NCBI GenBank assembly: GCA_964397485.1 | Contig: CAYNHT010000003.1 | Coordinates: forward strand, 10,529 to 74,528 | Source: an uncultured Muribaculaceae bacterium | GTDB taxonomy: Bacteria > Bacillota_I > Bacilli_A > RF39 > UBA660 | Length of the DNA: 64,000 nt | Reading direction: 5' to 3' | Shown: in pieces, positions 27,578 to 36,758 of the stretch | Position numbering within the stretch: the first letter of the stretch is position 1 | Layout: each line of letters begins with the position of its first letter | Position numbers and translations under genes: made by a program | The notes under the pieces: generated by a model | Databases searched by the model: none | The model's input: only the letters and a program-made list of their open reading frames with translations | Told to the model about the DNA's origin: nothing

Positions 27578-29881
27578 TTGGTGGTGAGTAAAATGGATAA
27601 CGAGAATAACAAGCAGGAACAATCAGGATTGCAAAAAGCTGCAGGCAAGGTTCAAAATGTGAAGAATATGGTTGACAAAGTTAAAAAAATCAAGGCTTTG
27701 ATGCCTATAATTTCTCTTCTTGCGCCAATTCTAGCTAAAATTGCTATTGCTATTCTAATTATTATTTTAGTCATGATACCAATTATGTATATACAAGACA
27801 AAATTGAAAATATAGCTATTGGTTTAGATAAATTTATAAATTTTATTACATTGAATGGATGGGAAGAAAGTGATCAAGTATTCTTTAAAAAATTGCAAAA
27901 TGAATACGATCGATTTGATAGTTTCCCTAGGAAGCAAGGCGAATTTGATATTCCTTTAATAGCTTCAACAATTCATTACAGTACGCTAGTTACTCCAGAC
28001 ACATATTCATATAATGAATCTGATAAAAACAGTTCTTATCAATATAATAATACTGATCCTATGATTCCAGGTAATCAAATTAGAAATTTCTATATTGTTG
28101 CTAATGATAAATTAGGTAGTGCGTTTACTTTAATACCAGGTGAAAAAAAATTAATCGGTCATCTAATAGATACAAAATTCACTACAAAATGTGTTAATGT
28201 TCCACAAGGTTGGGCTGCTCTTAATCCTTTTGAATGGGGAGATGCATATGATGCAGCAAAAGAACTTGTCGAAAGTTTATTCTTACATTTTAAGTATGGA
28301 GTTGAAGACACTGGCAAAGTATATTTTACGAGATTAAACTTACTTAAAGTTATTCAATTACTTTATAGTTATAATGCTGTAGGTGAGAATAAATGGATTG
28401 CTGATATAGAAAACTTAAAACATGAGGTTATAAATGATAATTTTGCTCAGGATTTAATAAGAATTATTAAGCAATCAGAGATGGCAAATACATGTGGCGA
28501 AGGACAAGTTCCAATGCCGATGATCACAAAATTTATTAACTATGAATATTATAAAGATTACTTAAGAGGAACAACTATATTAGGGGTCCAACAACCGGGA
28601 TATTTGGGAATTCAATCTTTTGCTGTATGTGATAGATGTGAATATAAAAATGCAACAGCTGAAGAGAAGAAATTCTTAAAAGAAGTATGGATAAATGAAA
28701 TATTCGATCAGAAAGATGCATATAACTACTTGCAAGGTACAAGGTCTAGAAATCAATTAACTGAGTACCTGCCAGGGATGTCCACATTGCCAATTCAGGT
28801 TGGCGCTGGGGAGAGTTGGAAAACAAATGTTACACGAGGTTTTGCATTAGGAACAGCCAAGTGCTTTAAAAATGGTGTTTGGACTGGAGAAACTACATGT
28901 AACCACTTAGGGATAGATTTTGGTTATCCAACCGGAACTCCTGTTACAGCCGTAGCTAATGGTTATGTAATAGAGGCATCATATAATAGTGGCGGATATG
29001 GACTATATGTAAAATTAGGACATGACGTTGATGGTGATAATCGATATGATTATTATAGTTTATATGCCCATTTATCTGTTATAAATGTTGCTGAAAATTC
29101 GATGGTTGGTGGCGGACAAAAAATAGGTGAAGTTGGATCTACTGGAAATTCATCGGGTCCCCATTTACATTTTGAAATTATGGATGATAAAGGTACTAGA
29201 ATAGATCCTGAACCTATTTTAAATGGTATTGCAACCGGTGCAGGTAATCCTTTAAATCCATTATCTGGATCGATGACATGTGGCATGTTTACTGACTCTC
29301 AATTAAAAGATCGTAATGATGCCTTAGCTCAAAAAGTTAAGGATGCAGGTCTTGGTACTAGAGAGGGAGTTGTAGCGGCTGCTCGATACTTATCAACTGA
29401 ACTGGGTGTTATTATTCCATATTGGTATGGAGGAAAACACACTCAAAAAGGTTTAAGTAGTGAGTGGGGTTGCGGTAAGGCAATAACAGCTGACCCAGCT
29501 ACTACGCAACAACCAACTGGAACAACACACCCGTATGGAATGGATTGTAGTGGTTTTGTTTCTTGGTCTGTAAGAAATGGTGGTTATAAGGCTAGTACCA
29601 TTCCAGCTGGATCTACAAATCAAGGTAATTTCACTGATGATAAGATTCCATGGGGAACTGAAAGTATTAGTTATGCTAAACCAGGAGACTTGGCATGGAA
29701 TTCATCTCATATCGGCGTTATTATAGCCGTTGATAGTGCAAAATGCAAGTACTATGTAGCTGAAGAAAGAGGAGCTGAATATGGTTTGGTAGTCACTGAA
29801 AATGACTGTACTAGTAGAAGATATACTCATATTGTCTTAATGGACGACTATTATAATAATAGTAATAATAAGGAGGGCTAA
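27578..29881 (+). CDS. Membrane-anchored bifunctional cell-wall hydrolase: M23 (LytM) peptidase + CHAP/NlpC-P60 domain (VirB1 functional analog, PrgK/TcpG-like)
   Basis: N-terminal TM. M23 motifs (HLGIDFGYP...LYAHLS...GSTGNSSGPHLHFEI). C-terminal Cys-His domain (DCSGFVSW...SHIGVII). Confidence 0.75.
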   Translation: MVVSKMDNENNKQEQSGLQKAAGKVQNVKNMVDKVKKIKALMPIISLLAPILAKIAIAILIIILVMIPIMYIQDKIENIAIGLDKFINFITLNGWEESDQVFFKKLQNEYDRFDSFPRKQGEFDIPLIASTIHYSTLVTPDTYSYNESDKNSSYQYNNTDPMIPGNQIRNFYIVANDKLGSAFTLIPGEKKLIGHLIDTKFTTKCVNVPQGWAALNPFEWGDAYDAAKELVESLFLHFKYGVEDTGKVYFTRLNLLKVIQLLYSYNAVGENKWIADIENLKHEVINDNFAQDLIRIIKQSEMANTCGEGQVPMPMITKFINYEYYKDYLRGTTILGVQQPGYLGIQSFAVCDRCEYKNATAEEKKFLKEVWINEIFDQKDAYNYLQGTRSRNQLTEYLPGMSTLPIQVGAGESWKTNVTRGFALGTAKCFKNGVWTGETTCNHLGIDFGYPTGTPVTAVANGYVIEASYNSGGYGLYVKLGHDVDGDNRYDYYSLYAHLSVINVAENSMVGGGQKIGEVGSTGNSSGPHLHFEIMDDKGTRIDPEPILNGIATGAGNPLNPLSGSMTCGMFTDSQLKDRNDALAQKVKDAGLGTREGVVAAARYLSTELGVIIPYWYGGKHTQKGLSSEWGCGKAITADPATTQQPTGTTHPYGMDCSGFVSWSVRNGGYKASTIPAGSTNQGNFTDDKIPWGTESISYAKPGDLAWNSSHIGVIIAVDSAKCKYYVAEERGAEYGLVVTENDCTSRRYTHIVLMDDYYNNSNNKEG

Positions 29882-30619
29882 ATGAACAAAAAGATAGTAA
29901 CTAAGTTAATATTATTGTGTTTCTTTAGTCTCTTTTTAATTGGTTGTAATGCCAAATATGACTTGACAATATATAGTGATAATTCAGTGAAGGAAAACAT
30001 AAAAATAACAATCCCGAATCAGTTAATACTATCAGAGACTAAAAATATAAAAAGTTATTTAAATGATAAAATAAAATCGTATAAGAATATTAGCACCTAT
30101 AACAATTATAAATTTGATAGACGTGTATTAAAAAATTATTCTTATGTTAATGCTAGTAGATACTATGATACATTAAGTGATTATGCAGAATCTCCACCAG
30201 TGAATAACTTATTTCAAAATCTTATGGTGGTTGAAAATGAGTATTATACGATTTTTCAAACAGTTGGAGAATATTATTATGATTATTTGTATGGAGCTGA
30301 AAGTGAAGGAACAAGTCCATTAGCTGATACTGCAATGAAAGATGTTGTTGTTTCTATTAAATTACATAATAAAATAATTGAAACGAATGCTGATTTAAGG
30401 GATGAGAAAGCTAATGTTTACACTTGGAATTTAACCCCAAATGACAAATTAAAAAGTATATATATAAAGTATAGTACTGAAAAAAGATATGACGTGATAA
30501 TTCTTTCATATATTATGAATAATATTGTAATAGTGATTTTAGGTGGAGCAATAATAATTGCCTTACTAGTAGGGTTGATAATATTAAAAACTAAATACCT
30601 AAGCAACAATCGAATTTGA
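29882..30619 (+). CDS. Lipoprotein with C-terminal TM anchor, paralog A
   Basis: Lipobox LIGC and C-terminal TM IVIVILGGAIIIALLVGLII. The body is colinear with the next gene. Confidence 0.45.
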   Translation: MNKKIVTKLILLCFFSLFLIGCNAKYDLTIYSDNSVKENIKITIPNQLILSETKNIKSYLNDKIKSYKNISTYNNYKFDRRVLKNYSYVNASRYYDTLSDYAESPPVNNLFQNLMVVENEYYTIFQTVGEYYYDYLYGAESEGTSPLADTAMKDVVVSIKLHNKIIETNADLRDEKANVYTWNLTPNDKLKSIYIKYSTEKRYDVIILSYIMNNIVIVILGGAIIIALLVGLIILKTKYLSNNRI

Positions 30620-30672
30620 TTAGGAGGAAAAGTAATGTATAAATTGAGAATAATATATAAAGGTGCCGAGAT

Positions 30673-31386
30673 ATGAAAAAAACTAAATTGATGTTACTAA
30701 TGTTGATCGTGTTTACTATTACTGGTTGTACTATTGATTATAATTTAACAATTAATAGCGATAAACAAGTTGAAGAAACAACCAAAATCATAAATAGTAA
30801 CGAAATGATTCTCTTGCACAATGAAAGTGTTAATTTGTTTTTGACAGAACAAATCAATACTCATAAGCAAATTGATATATTTAGAAGATATGTTTTTGGT
30901 AAGCATCTTGGAAAAGATTCTTCATATATTAGCATAAAAAGAACATATGGAACATTAAAAGATTATATTACTTCTCCTACATTTAATCATTTATTCGAGA
31001 ACGCTACAATAACAGAAACAGAAGAATATGTATCTTTTCAAACAACTGGAGAATATTATTATAATAATGTTTATGGTGAACAATCCGAACCAGACTTTTA
31101 TGTTGGAGATATAAATATCCAAATTAGATTCCACAATAAAATTATTGATAGTAATGCCGATGAAATAGATGAAAAAAGTAATACATTAAAGTGGAAAATA
31201 ACTGATAAAAATCTTGAAAAATCAATCTACTTTAAGGTTAGTAATGAAAAAAGATATGATATAATAGTAATAGATTACATAATGAAAAATCAATCTACTA
31301 TTATAATTAGTTTATCAATACTAGTTGTAATAATGATAATCAGTTTATACGTATATGTTAATTTCAGAAAGAATAATACAATATAA
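30673..31386 (+). CDS. Lipoprotein with C-terminal TM anchor, paralog B
   Basis: Lipobox ITGC. Shared blocks (YYY..YG..SE, IQIRFHNKIIDSNAD vs VSIKLHNKIIETNAD, RYDIIVIDYIM vs RYDVIILSYIM). Confidence 0.45.
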   Translation: MKKTKLMLLMLIVFTITGCTIDYNLTINSDKQVEETTKIINSNEMILLHNESVNLFLTEQINTHKQIDIFRRYVFGKHLGKDSSYISIKRTYGTLKDYITSPTFNHLFENATITETEEYVSFQTTGEYYYNNVYGEQSEPDFYVGDINIQIRFHNKIIDSNADEIDEKSNTLKWKITDKNLEKSIYFKVSNEKRYDIIVIDYIMKNQSTIIISLSILVVIMIISLYVYVNFRKNNTI

Positions 31387-31398
31387 TGAGGTGAGATA

Positions 31399-33702
31399 AT
31401 GAAGTTGAAATTTAGAGCAGATGCTAAAGATATTGCTATATTCATTATTTTTGCACTATTTCTTTTATATTTTGTTTCAATTGGTGTACTTAATATAGGA
31501 AATTTTGCTAAAAATAATACACTACATGGATTTAATCCATTTCCGGCTTTTTCGCCAGAATATCTTGCCCCAACTATGGTCTTTTATCTATTATCATTGA
31601 TTGCTATTATTACTAGCGTATCATCGTATTTCTTTGATCGAGAAAAAGGATTTGGGGTTGTTACTGATCCTAAAACAGATAAAGGATATTCTAGATGGGC
31701 GAAAGATAAAGAGATGAAAAGTTTATTAAGTATGGTAACCCCAAATAGTAAAACGGCAGAAGCTGCAGGCGTACCAATGATAAATGATGGTAAAGAAATT
31801 TGGGTAGATAACGGTGAATATCATAATTTAATTATTGGATCAACAGGTAGTGGTAAAACACAAATTGTTGTTCATCCATTAGTTAAACTGTTAGCAAAAA
31901 AAGGTGAATCAATGATTGTTACCGATCCAAAAGGGGAAATATATGAAGAAAATGTGGAATTATTAAGACAAAAAGGATACAATATTGTCTTATTAAACTT
32001 CCGTGATCCTCAAAGAGGTAATGCATGGAATCCACTTAGTTTACCTTATTCACTATACCAAGGAGATAATCAAGATAAAGCAAATGAGTTATTAGATGAC
32101 CTTGCAATGAATATCCTATATGATGAAAAATCTCAAAATCAAGATCCATTTTGGGAAAGAACTTCTGCTGATTATTTTGCAGGATTGTCTTTAGCACTTT
32201 TTGAAGATGCAAAAGAAGAAGAAATAAATTTAAATAGTATTAACTTAATGACAACTGTTGGTGAGGAAAAATATTTAGGAAATACTTATATTAAAGAGTA
32301 TTTTAGTGATAAAAATCAAGCTTCACCAGCTTATATAAATGTTGCTAGTACTTTGATGGCACCTAGTGATACAAAGAGCAGTATTTTATCTGTATTTAAA
32401 CAAAAGATCAAGTTATTCTCTTCTCGTGAAAATCTATCAGAGATGTTATCACATAATGACTTTGATATGAAGGATATAGGTAGACAAAAAACAGCTGTAT
32501 TCATTGTTATCCAAGATGAGAAAAAGACATATCATTCATTAGTAACAATTTTTATTAAACAATGTTATGAAACATTAATTGATGTTGCACAAGAGAATGG
32601 TGGAAAGTTACCATTTAGAACGAATTTCATTTTGGATGAGTTTGCTAATATGCCACCTTTAAAAGATGTAACTACAATGGTTACTGCAGCTCGTAGTAGA
32701 AATATAAGATTTAATTTTATTATTCAAAACTTTGCTCAATTATATCAAGTATACGGCAAGGAAAATGGAGAAACTATAAAAGGTAACTGTGGTAATATCA
32801 TATACTTAATTAGTAGTGAATTAAGCGCGTTAGAAGAAATCAGTAAGATGTGTGGAGAAGTTAAGTCAAAAGAAAAAGATAAGACTGCTAGTACGCCGTT
32901 AGTTACTGTTAGTGATTTGCAACGACTTAAACAATGGGAAACGATTATTCTTAGGACAAGAATGATGCCATTTAGAACGAGATTGACACCTAATTATAAA
33001 ATGAATTGGGGAGAGACTTTTCCAAAAGGAACATATCCTAGTCGTGAGAAACAACCAATTGCTATATTTGATTTGAAAAAATATGTTGATAATAAAAGAA
33101 ATGCTAAATTTGAATCAGCAAATGATATTTTAAATGATGGCAAGGAAAAAGAATCTTTATTTAATCCTACAAACTTATTTAATCAAGGAAAAGAAGCAAA
33201 TGATGGGTTGAACATGGATGATCTTATTAAGCGTATTGATGCAAAAATTGCGGAACTTGAAGAAGAAGAAAGACGCGAAAAAGGTGAGGCTATGGTTAAA
33301 CCTGATGCTGTCATAAATAATTTGGATGAAGAAAAGCAAAATAACATAGTCGGTTTAAACGAAGAGATAAAGAATAATGATGAAATAATTAGTAATCCGT
33401 TTAATAATAATGATATTATTGATACTAAATTTGATAATATAAGTTTTATAAATGATAATATTAAAAGTGAAACAATAGAAGAACCTATTATAGAACAACC
33501 AGTAGAGGAAATTGTTAGTGACCGTACAATTGAACCTGTAATAGAAGTTGTCCCTATTGAAAAAATTGAACAACCTATTCAAACAATGGACAAAACACCT
33601 AAGATTGAAAAGAATGTTGAAAATATTTCAAGTCATAATAATACAAAATACGTGACAGATGATCAATTTTTTGATGATTTCTTTAGTGATGATGAAGAAT
33701 AG
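31399..33702 (+). CDS. VirD4/TraG-family type IV coupling protein with acidic low-complexity C-terminal tail
   Basis: Two N-terminal TMs, Walker A (GSTGSGKTQ), 'TDPKGE' and Walker B (NFILDEFANMPPL). The C-terminal ~200 aa are D/E/N/I-rich. Confidence 0.8.
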   Translation: MKLKFRADAKDIAIFIIFALFLLYFVSIGVLNIGNFAKNNTLHGFNPFPAFSPEYLAPTMVFYLLSLIAIITSVSSYFFDREKGFGVVTDPKTDKGYSRWAKDKEMKSLLSMVTPNSKTAEAAGVPMINDGKEIWVDNGEYHNLIIGSTGSGKTQIVVHPLVKLLAKKGESMIVTDPKGEIYEENVELLRQKGYNIVLLNFRDPQRGNAWNPLSLPYSLYQGDNQDKANELLDDLAMNILYDEKSQNQDPFWERTSADYFAGLSLALFEDAKEEEINLNSINLMTTVGEEKYLGNTYIKEYFSDKNQASPAYINVASTLMAPSDTKSSILSVFKQKIKLFSSRENLSEMLSHNDFDMKDIGRQKTAVFIVIQDEKKTYHSLVTIFIKQCYETLIDVAQENGGKLPFRTNFILDEFANMPPLKDVTTMVTAARSRNIRFNFIIQNFAQLYQVYGKENGETIKGNCGNIIYLISSELSALEEISKMCGEVKSKEKDKTASTPLVTVSDLQRLKQWETIILRTRMMPFRTRLTPNYKMNWGETFPKGTYPSREKQPIAIFDLKKYVDNKRNAKFESANDILNDGKEKESLFNPTNLFNQGKEANDGLNMDDLIKRIDAKIAELEEEERREKGEAMVKPDAVINNLDEEKQNNIVGLNEEIKNNDEIISNPFNNNDIIDTKFDNISFINDNIKSETIEEPIIEQPVEEIVSDRTIEPVIEVVPIEKIEQPIQTMDKTPKIEKNVENISSHNNTKYVTDDQFFDDFFSDDEE

Positions 33703-33762
33703 TATCCAAAAATAAGCAAATAAACTCTATTTAATTGTATGTACTACATATAATGAAGTAGG

Positions 33763-34062
33763 GTGGTTAATATGATATCGAGTATTTCTATATCGGATTT
33801 TATTAAAAGTTCACCAAGTGGAAAAATTATTGATATAAGGAGTATTGAAAAATATAACAGTAATCATATTCCTGATGCCAAGAATATACCAATGGAAAAA
33901 TTAATAGCCGAACCTCAAAAATACCTTGATAGATATCAGACTTATTATGTATATTGCCAAAAGGGAATAAAAAGTATAAGAACATGCCAAATATTGCAAA
34001 GATTAGGTTATAGAGTTGTTAATATTAATGGGGGTTATGAAAGCTGGATATTAGAAAAATAA
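33763..34062 (+). CDS. Single-domain rhodanese (sulfurtransferase)
   Basis: ~100 aa, with the active-site Cys in 'YVYCQKGIKS'. Confidence 0.65.
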   Translation: MVNMISSISISDFIKSSPSGKIIDIRSIEKYNSNHIPDAKNIPMEKLIAEPQKYLDRYQTYYVYCQKGIKSIRTCQILQRLGYRVVNINGGYESWILEK

Positions 34063-34095
34063 GATATTTTACAATATCTTATTTTATTTTTAGCA
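34063..34095 (+). terminator. Terminator (AAGATATT-ttac-AATATCTT + T-rich)
   Basis: 8-bp perfect stem after the rhodanese stop. Confidence 0.45.
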
Positions 34096-34130
34096 TAAAT
34101 GTATTATAATAGAAATAGAATGGTGACTAT

Positions 34131-34718
34131 ATGAAAGAAATAATTGAAGCAATAATTAATTTTTTAACTGAGTTAGTTCAAAGTAGTAGCCCAATTGTTG
34201 GAATAGTTATTGGTATGACGATTATAATACTAGAGTCAATTATACCAATATTGCCATTGGCTCTATTTATTGCAATAAACATGTTGGTTTTTGGAAATTT
34301 GATGGGTTTTTTGATATCTTGGGTTGCAACTATAATTGGTTGTATTTTAGCATTCACTATTTTTAGGGAATTGTTTAGAACCTATATACACAAAAAAATA
34401 AGCAAGAAAACTAATATATTAAAATTAATAGATTCAATCAGCAATATAAAATTTACAACTTTAGTAATTATAATGGCAATGCCTTTTTCACCGGCTTTTG
34501 CAATAAACATTGCAGCTGGACTTTCAAAGATTAGTTACCGCAAATTTTTAGTTAGTGTTATACTTAGTAAGGCATCACTTGTATATTTTTGGGGATTTGT
34601 CGGTACTACACTAATAGAAAGTATTACTGATATCAAAGTTATAATTGAAATTAGTATGATACTTTTAATAGCATATATATTATCAAAAATAGTTAATAAG
34701 AAGTTTAATATAGAGTAG
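34131..34718 (+). CDS. DedA/TVP38-family membrane protein
   Basis: ~195 aa polytopic. Architecture and motifs (..G.L.G...) typical of DedA/SNARE-associated proteins. Confidence 0.55.
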   Translation: MKEIIEAIINFLTELVQSSSPIVGIVIGMTIIILESIIPILPLALFIAINMLVFGNLMGFLISWVATIIGCILAFTIFRELFRTYIHKKISKKTNILKLIDSISNIKFTTLVIIMAMPFSPAFAINIAAGLSKISYRKFLVSVILSKASLVYFWGFVGTTLIESITDIKVIIEISMILLIAYILSKIVNKKFNIE

Positions 34719-34728
34719 GAGTGATAAA

Positions 34729-35808
34729 ATGGAATATATTATAATTGGCCTTTTAATAGTAATATTAATACTTGTTGTCATGTCACTAGCCAAAAATATA
34801 AATGAGGCACATATAACGGAACGATTAGGTAAACTGGAAACAAATATGATTAAAGAAATAAGTGATTTTAAAATGGATTTTAGTAGAAATTTAACTGATG
34901 ATTTTAATGTACTAAATGATAAAATTGAAAATCGATTAAGATTAATTAATGATAGAGTTAATGAAAGACTAGATGAAAATTTTGAAAAAACGAATAAGAC
35001 TTTTACCTCAGTTTTAGAACGATTATCAAAAATAGATGAGGCTCAGAAAAAAATTGATAATTTATCCAATGATATAGTTTCACTACAAAGTGTATTAACA
35101 GATAAGAAATCTCGGGGGATATTTGGGGAAGTAAATCTTAATCATATTATGTCTAGTGTATTTGGAGAAAATAATAATAGGATATATAAAATGCAATATA
35201 CTTTTGATAATGGAACCATAGCTGATTGTGTTTTATTTTCACCAGAACCACTAGGAACAATTGCGATAGATTCTAAATTCCCTTTGGAAAATTATCAAAA
35301 TATGGTTAATAGAAATAATTCTGAAATTATTAGAGTTCAATCAGAAAAATCTTTTAAGATGGATATGAAAAAACATATTGATGCTATTGCTAGTAAATAT
35401 ATTATCCCTGGTGTAACAACAGACCAAGCAATATTATTTTTACCAGCAGAGGCTATTTTCGCAGAGGTGAATGCTTATCATCAAGATATCATTGAGTATT
35501 CATATAAGAAAAAAGTTTGGATTACCTCACCAACTACTTTAATTAGTACCTTAACAACAATCCAAATCATTATTAAAAATATTGAACGCGATAAATATGC
35601 ATCAATTATTCATCAAGAACTTAAATTGTTGGATGATGAATTTAAACGTTATAAAGAGCGTTGGGATAAGTTATCACGCAGTATAGATACAGTTAATAAA
35701 GATGTTAAAGAAATTCATACTACAACTGAGAAAATAACGAAAAGATTTAATTCGATAAATCAAGTAGAAATGGAGCAAATAGATTATGATACTAATCAAG
35801 ATAGTTAA
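34729..35808 (+). CDS. rmuC: DNA recombination protein RmuC
   Basis: N-terminal TM, a long coiled-coil and a C-terminal RmuC-type domain (AILFLPAEAIFAEV). Confidence 0.65.
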   Translation: MEYIIIGLLIVILILVVMSLAKNINEAHITERLGKLETNMIKEISDFKMDFSRNLTDDFNVLNDKIENRLRLINDRVNERLDENFEKTNKTFTSVLERLSKIDEAQKKIDNLSNDIVSLQSVLTDKKSRGIFGEVNLNHIMSSVFGENNNRIYKMQYTFDNGTIADCVLFSPEPLGTIAIDSKFPLENYQNMVNRNNSEIIRVQSEKSFKMDMKKHIDAIASKYIIPGVTTDQAILFLPAEAIFAEVNAYHQDIIEYSYKKKVWITSPTTLISTLTTIQIIIKNIERDKYASIIHQELKLLDDEFKRYKERWDKLSRSIDTVNKDVKEIHTTTEKITKRFNSINQVEMEQIDYDTNQDS

Positions 35809-36409
35809 TTATCTATTGATAATTGTTACTATTGCAGTTAGTTGTATACTAGGTTTTAATAATATAATAAGTGGTGATTTATATAATGTTTTAATAACCT
35901 TATCTATTTTGCCAGTAATGTTAATGCCAAGGATATTACGTAAATGGTTTAAGTTAAAAATTGATCCTGCTTTTGAGATGATTTATATAATATTTATATT
36001 TTTTGCCCATTTTTTAGGGTCAGTTTTAAAACTATATAATCTAATCACCTGGTATGATGGGGTAATGCACCTGTTATCAGGTATGTTGGTGCCATTTGCA
36101 GCTATTGTTATCTTGATTTCATTTAAACAGTATAACCCAAAAAAATTATGGTTTAATATAGTATTTATCATAGTATTCAATCTTGCAATTGCAGCCTTAT
36201 GGGAATTTAACGAATTTATATTTGATAATTTATTTAATAAAGATGCACAGCGAGTAATAGCTACAGGAGTTAATGACACTATGAAGGATATGATTGCAGC
36301 ATTTCTTGGATCAATTTTATTTTGTATTATGTATTTTTATGAAGAAGTAACTAAAAATAAAATAATAGTAAAGCACTTTATTGAGGAGTTGAGAAGTAAT
36401 GAACGATAA
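35786..36409 (+). CDS. Polytopic membrane protein, unknown
   Basis: Hydrophobicity only. Confidence 0.4.
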   Translation: MILIKIVNYLLIIVTIAVSCILGFNNIISGDLYNVLITLSILPVMLMPRILRKWFKLKIDPAFEMIYIIFIFFAHFLGSVLKLYNLITWYDGVMHLLSGMLVPFAAIVILISFKQYNPKKLWFNIVFIIVFNLAIAALWEFNEFIFDNLFNKDAQRVIATGVNDTMKDMIAAFLGSILFCIMYFYEEVTKNKIIVKHFIEELRSNER

Positions 36410-36695
36410 AGAATTATTAAGACAATTAAGAGAATTATTAGTCGAAAGAAAAAACAATGTGGATAGTGATAATACTAATAGTAAGGATGCTGGTAGTCAG
36501 ACAATGAGCCAATCATATGGTAGCAAGCAAATAAAATTAGGTACACACCCTAATGCTGGTAACCTTTTTGCGCAAAGTACAGAAGCGGAAAATACAATTA
36601 CTAAAAATGGATTTTCAACAGTGTTTATGTTAGGTTTTTTAACTATGTTTTTCCAGGCATTGTTTTTGGTAATTAGTTATTTCATTTTCAAATAA
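36399..36695 (+). CDS. Small tail-anchored protein, unknown
   Basis: Polar N-terminal region and a C-terminal TM. Followed by a terminator. Confidence 0.35.
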   Translation: MNDKELLRQLRELLVERKNNVDSDNTNSKDAGSQTMSQSYGSKQIKLGTHPNAGNLFAQSTEAENTITKNGFSTVFMLGFLTMFFQALFLVISYFIFK

Positions 36696-36720
36696 GGCTC
36701 TAAGCCTTTTTTTGTATATA
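36696..36720 (+). terminator. Terminator (AAGGCT-cta-AGCCTT + T7)
   Basis: 6-bp GC-containing stem followed by a T-run. Confidence 0.6.
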
Positions 36721-36758
36721 AAAAGATCTTTCTACTAATAATATAAAAAGGTGATAAT

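Noticed and set aside
33703-34130. attR-like direct repeat of the tRNA-Leu 3' end at the right island boundary
   Set aside because: By eye I could not find a copy of GGGTTCAAGTCCCATCTCCTGTACCA or a truncated version between VirD4 and dedA. The boundary may be degraded or the insertion mechanism different. This needs a computational search.
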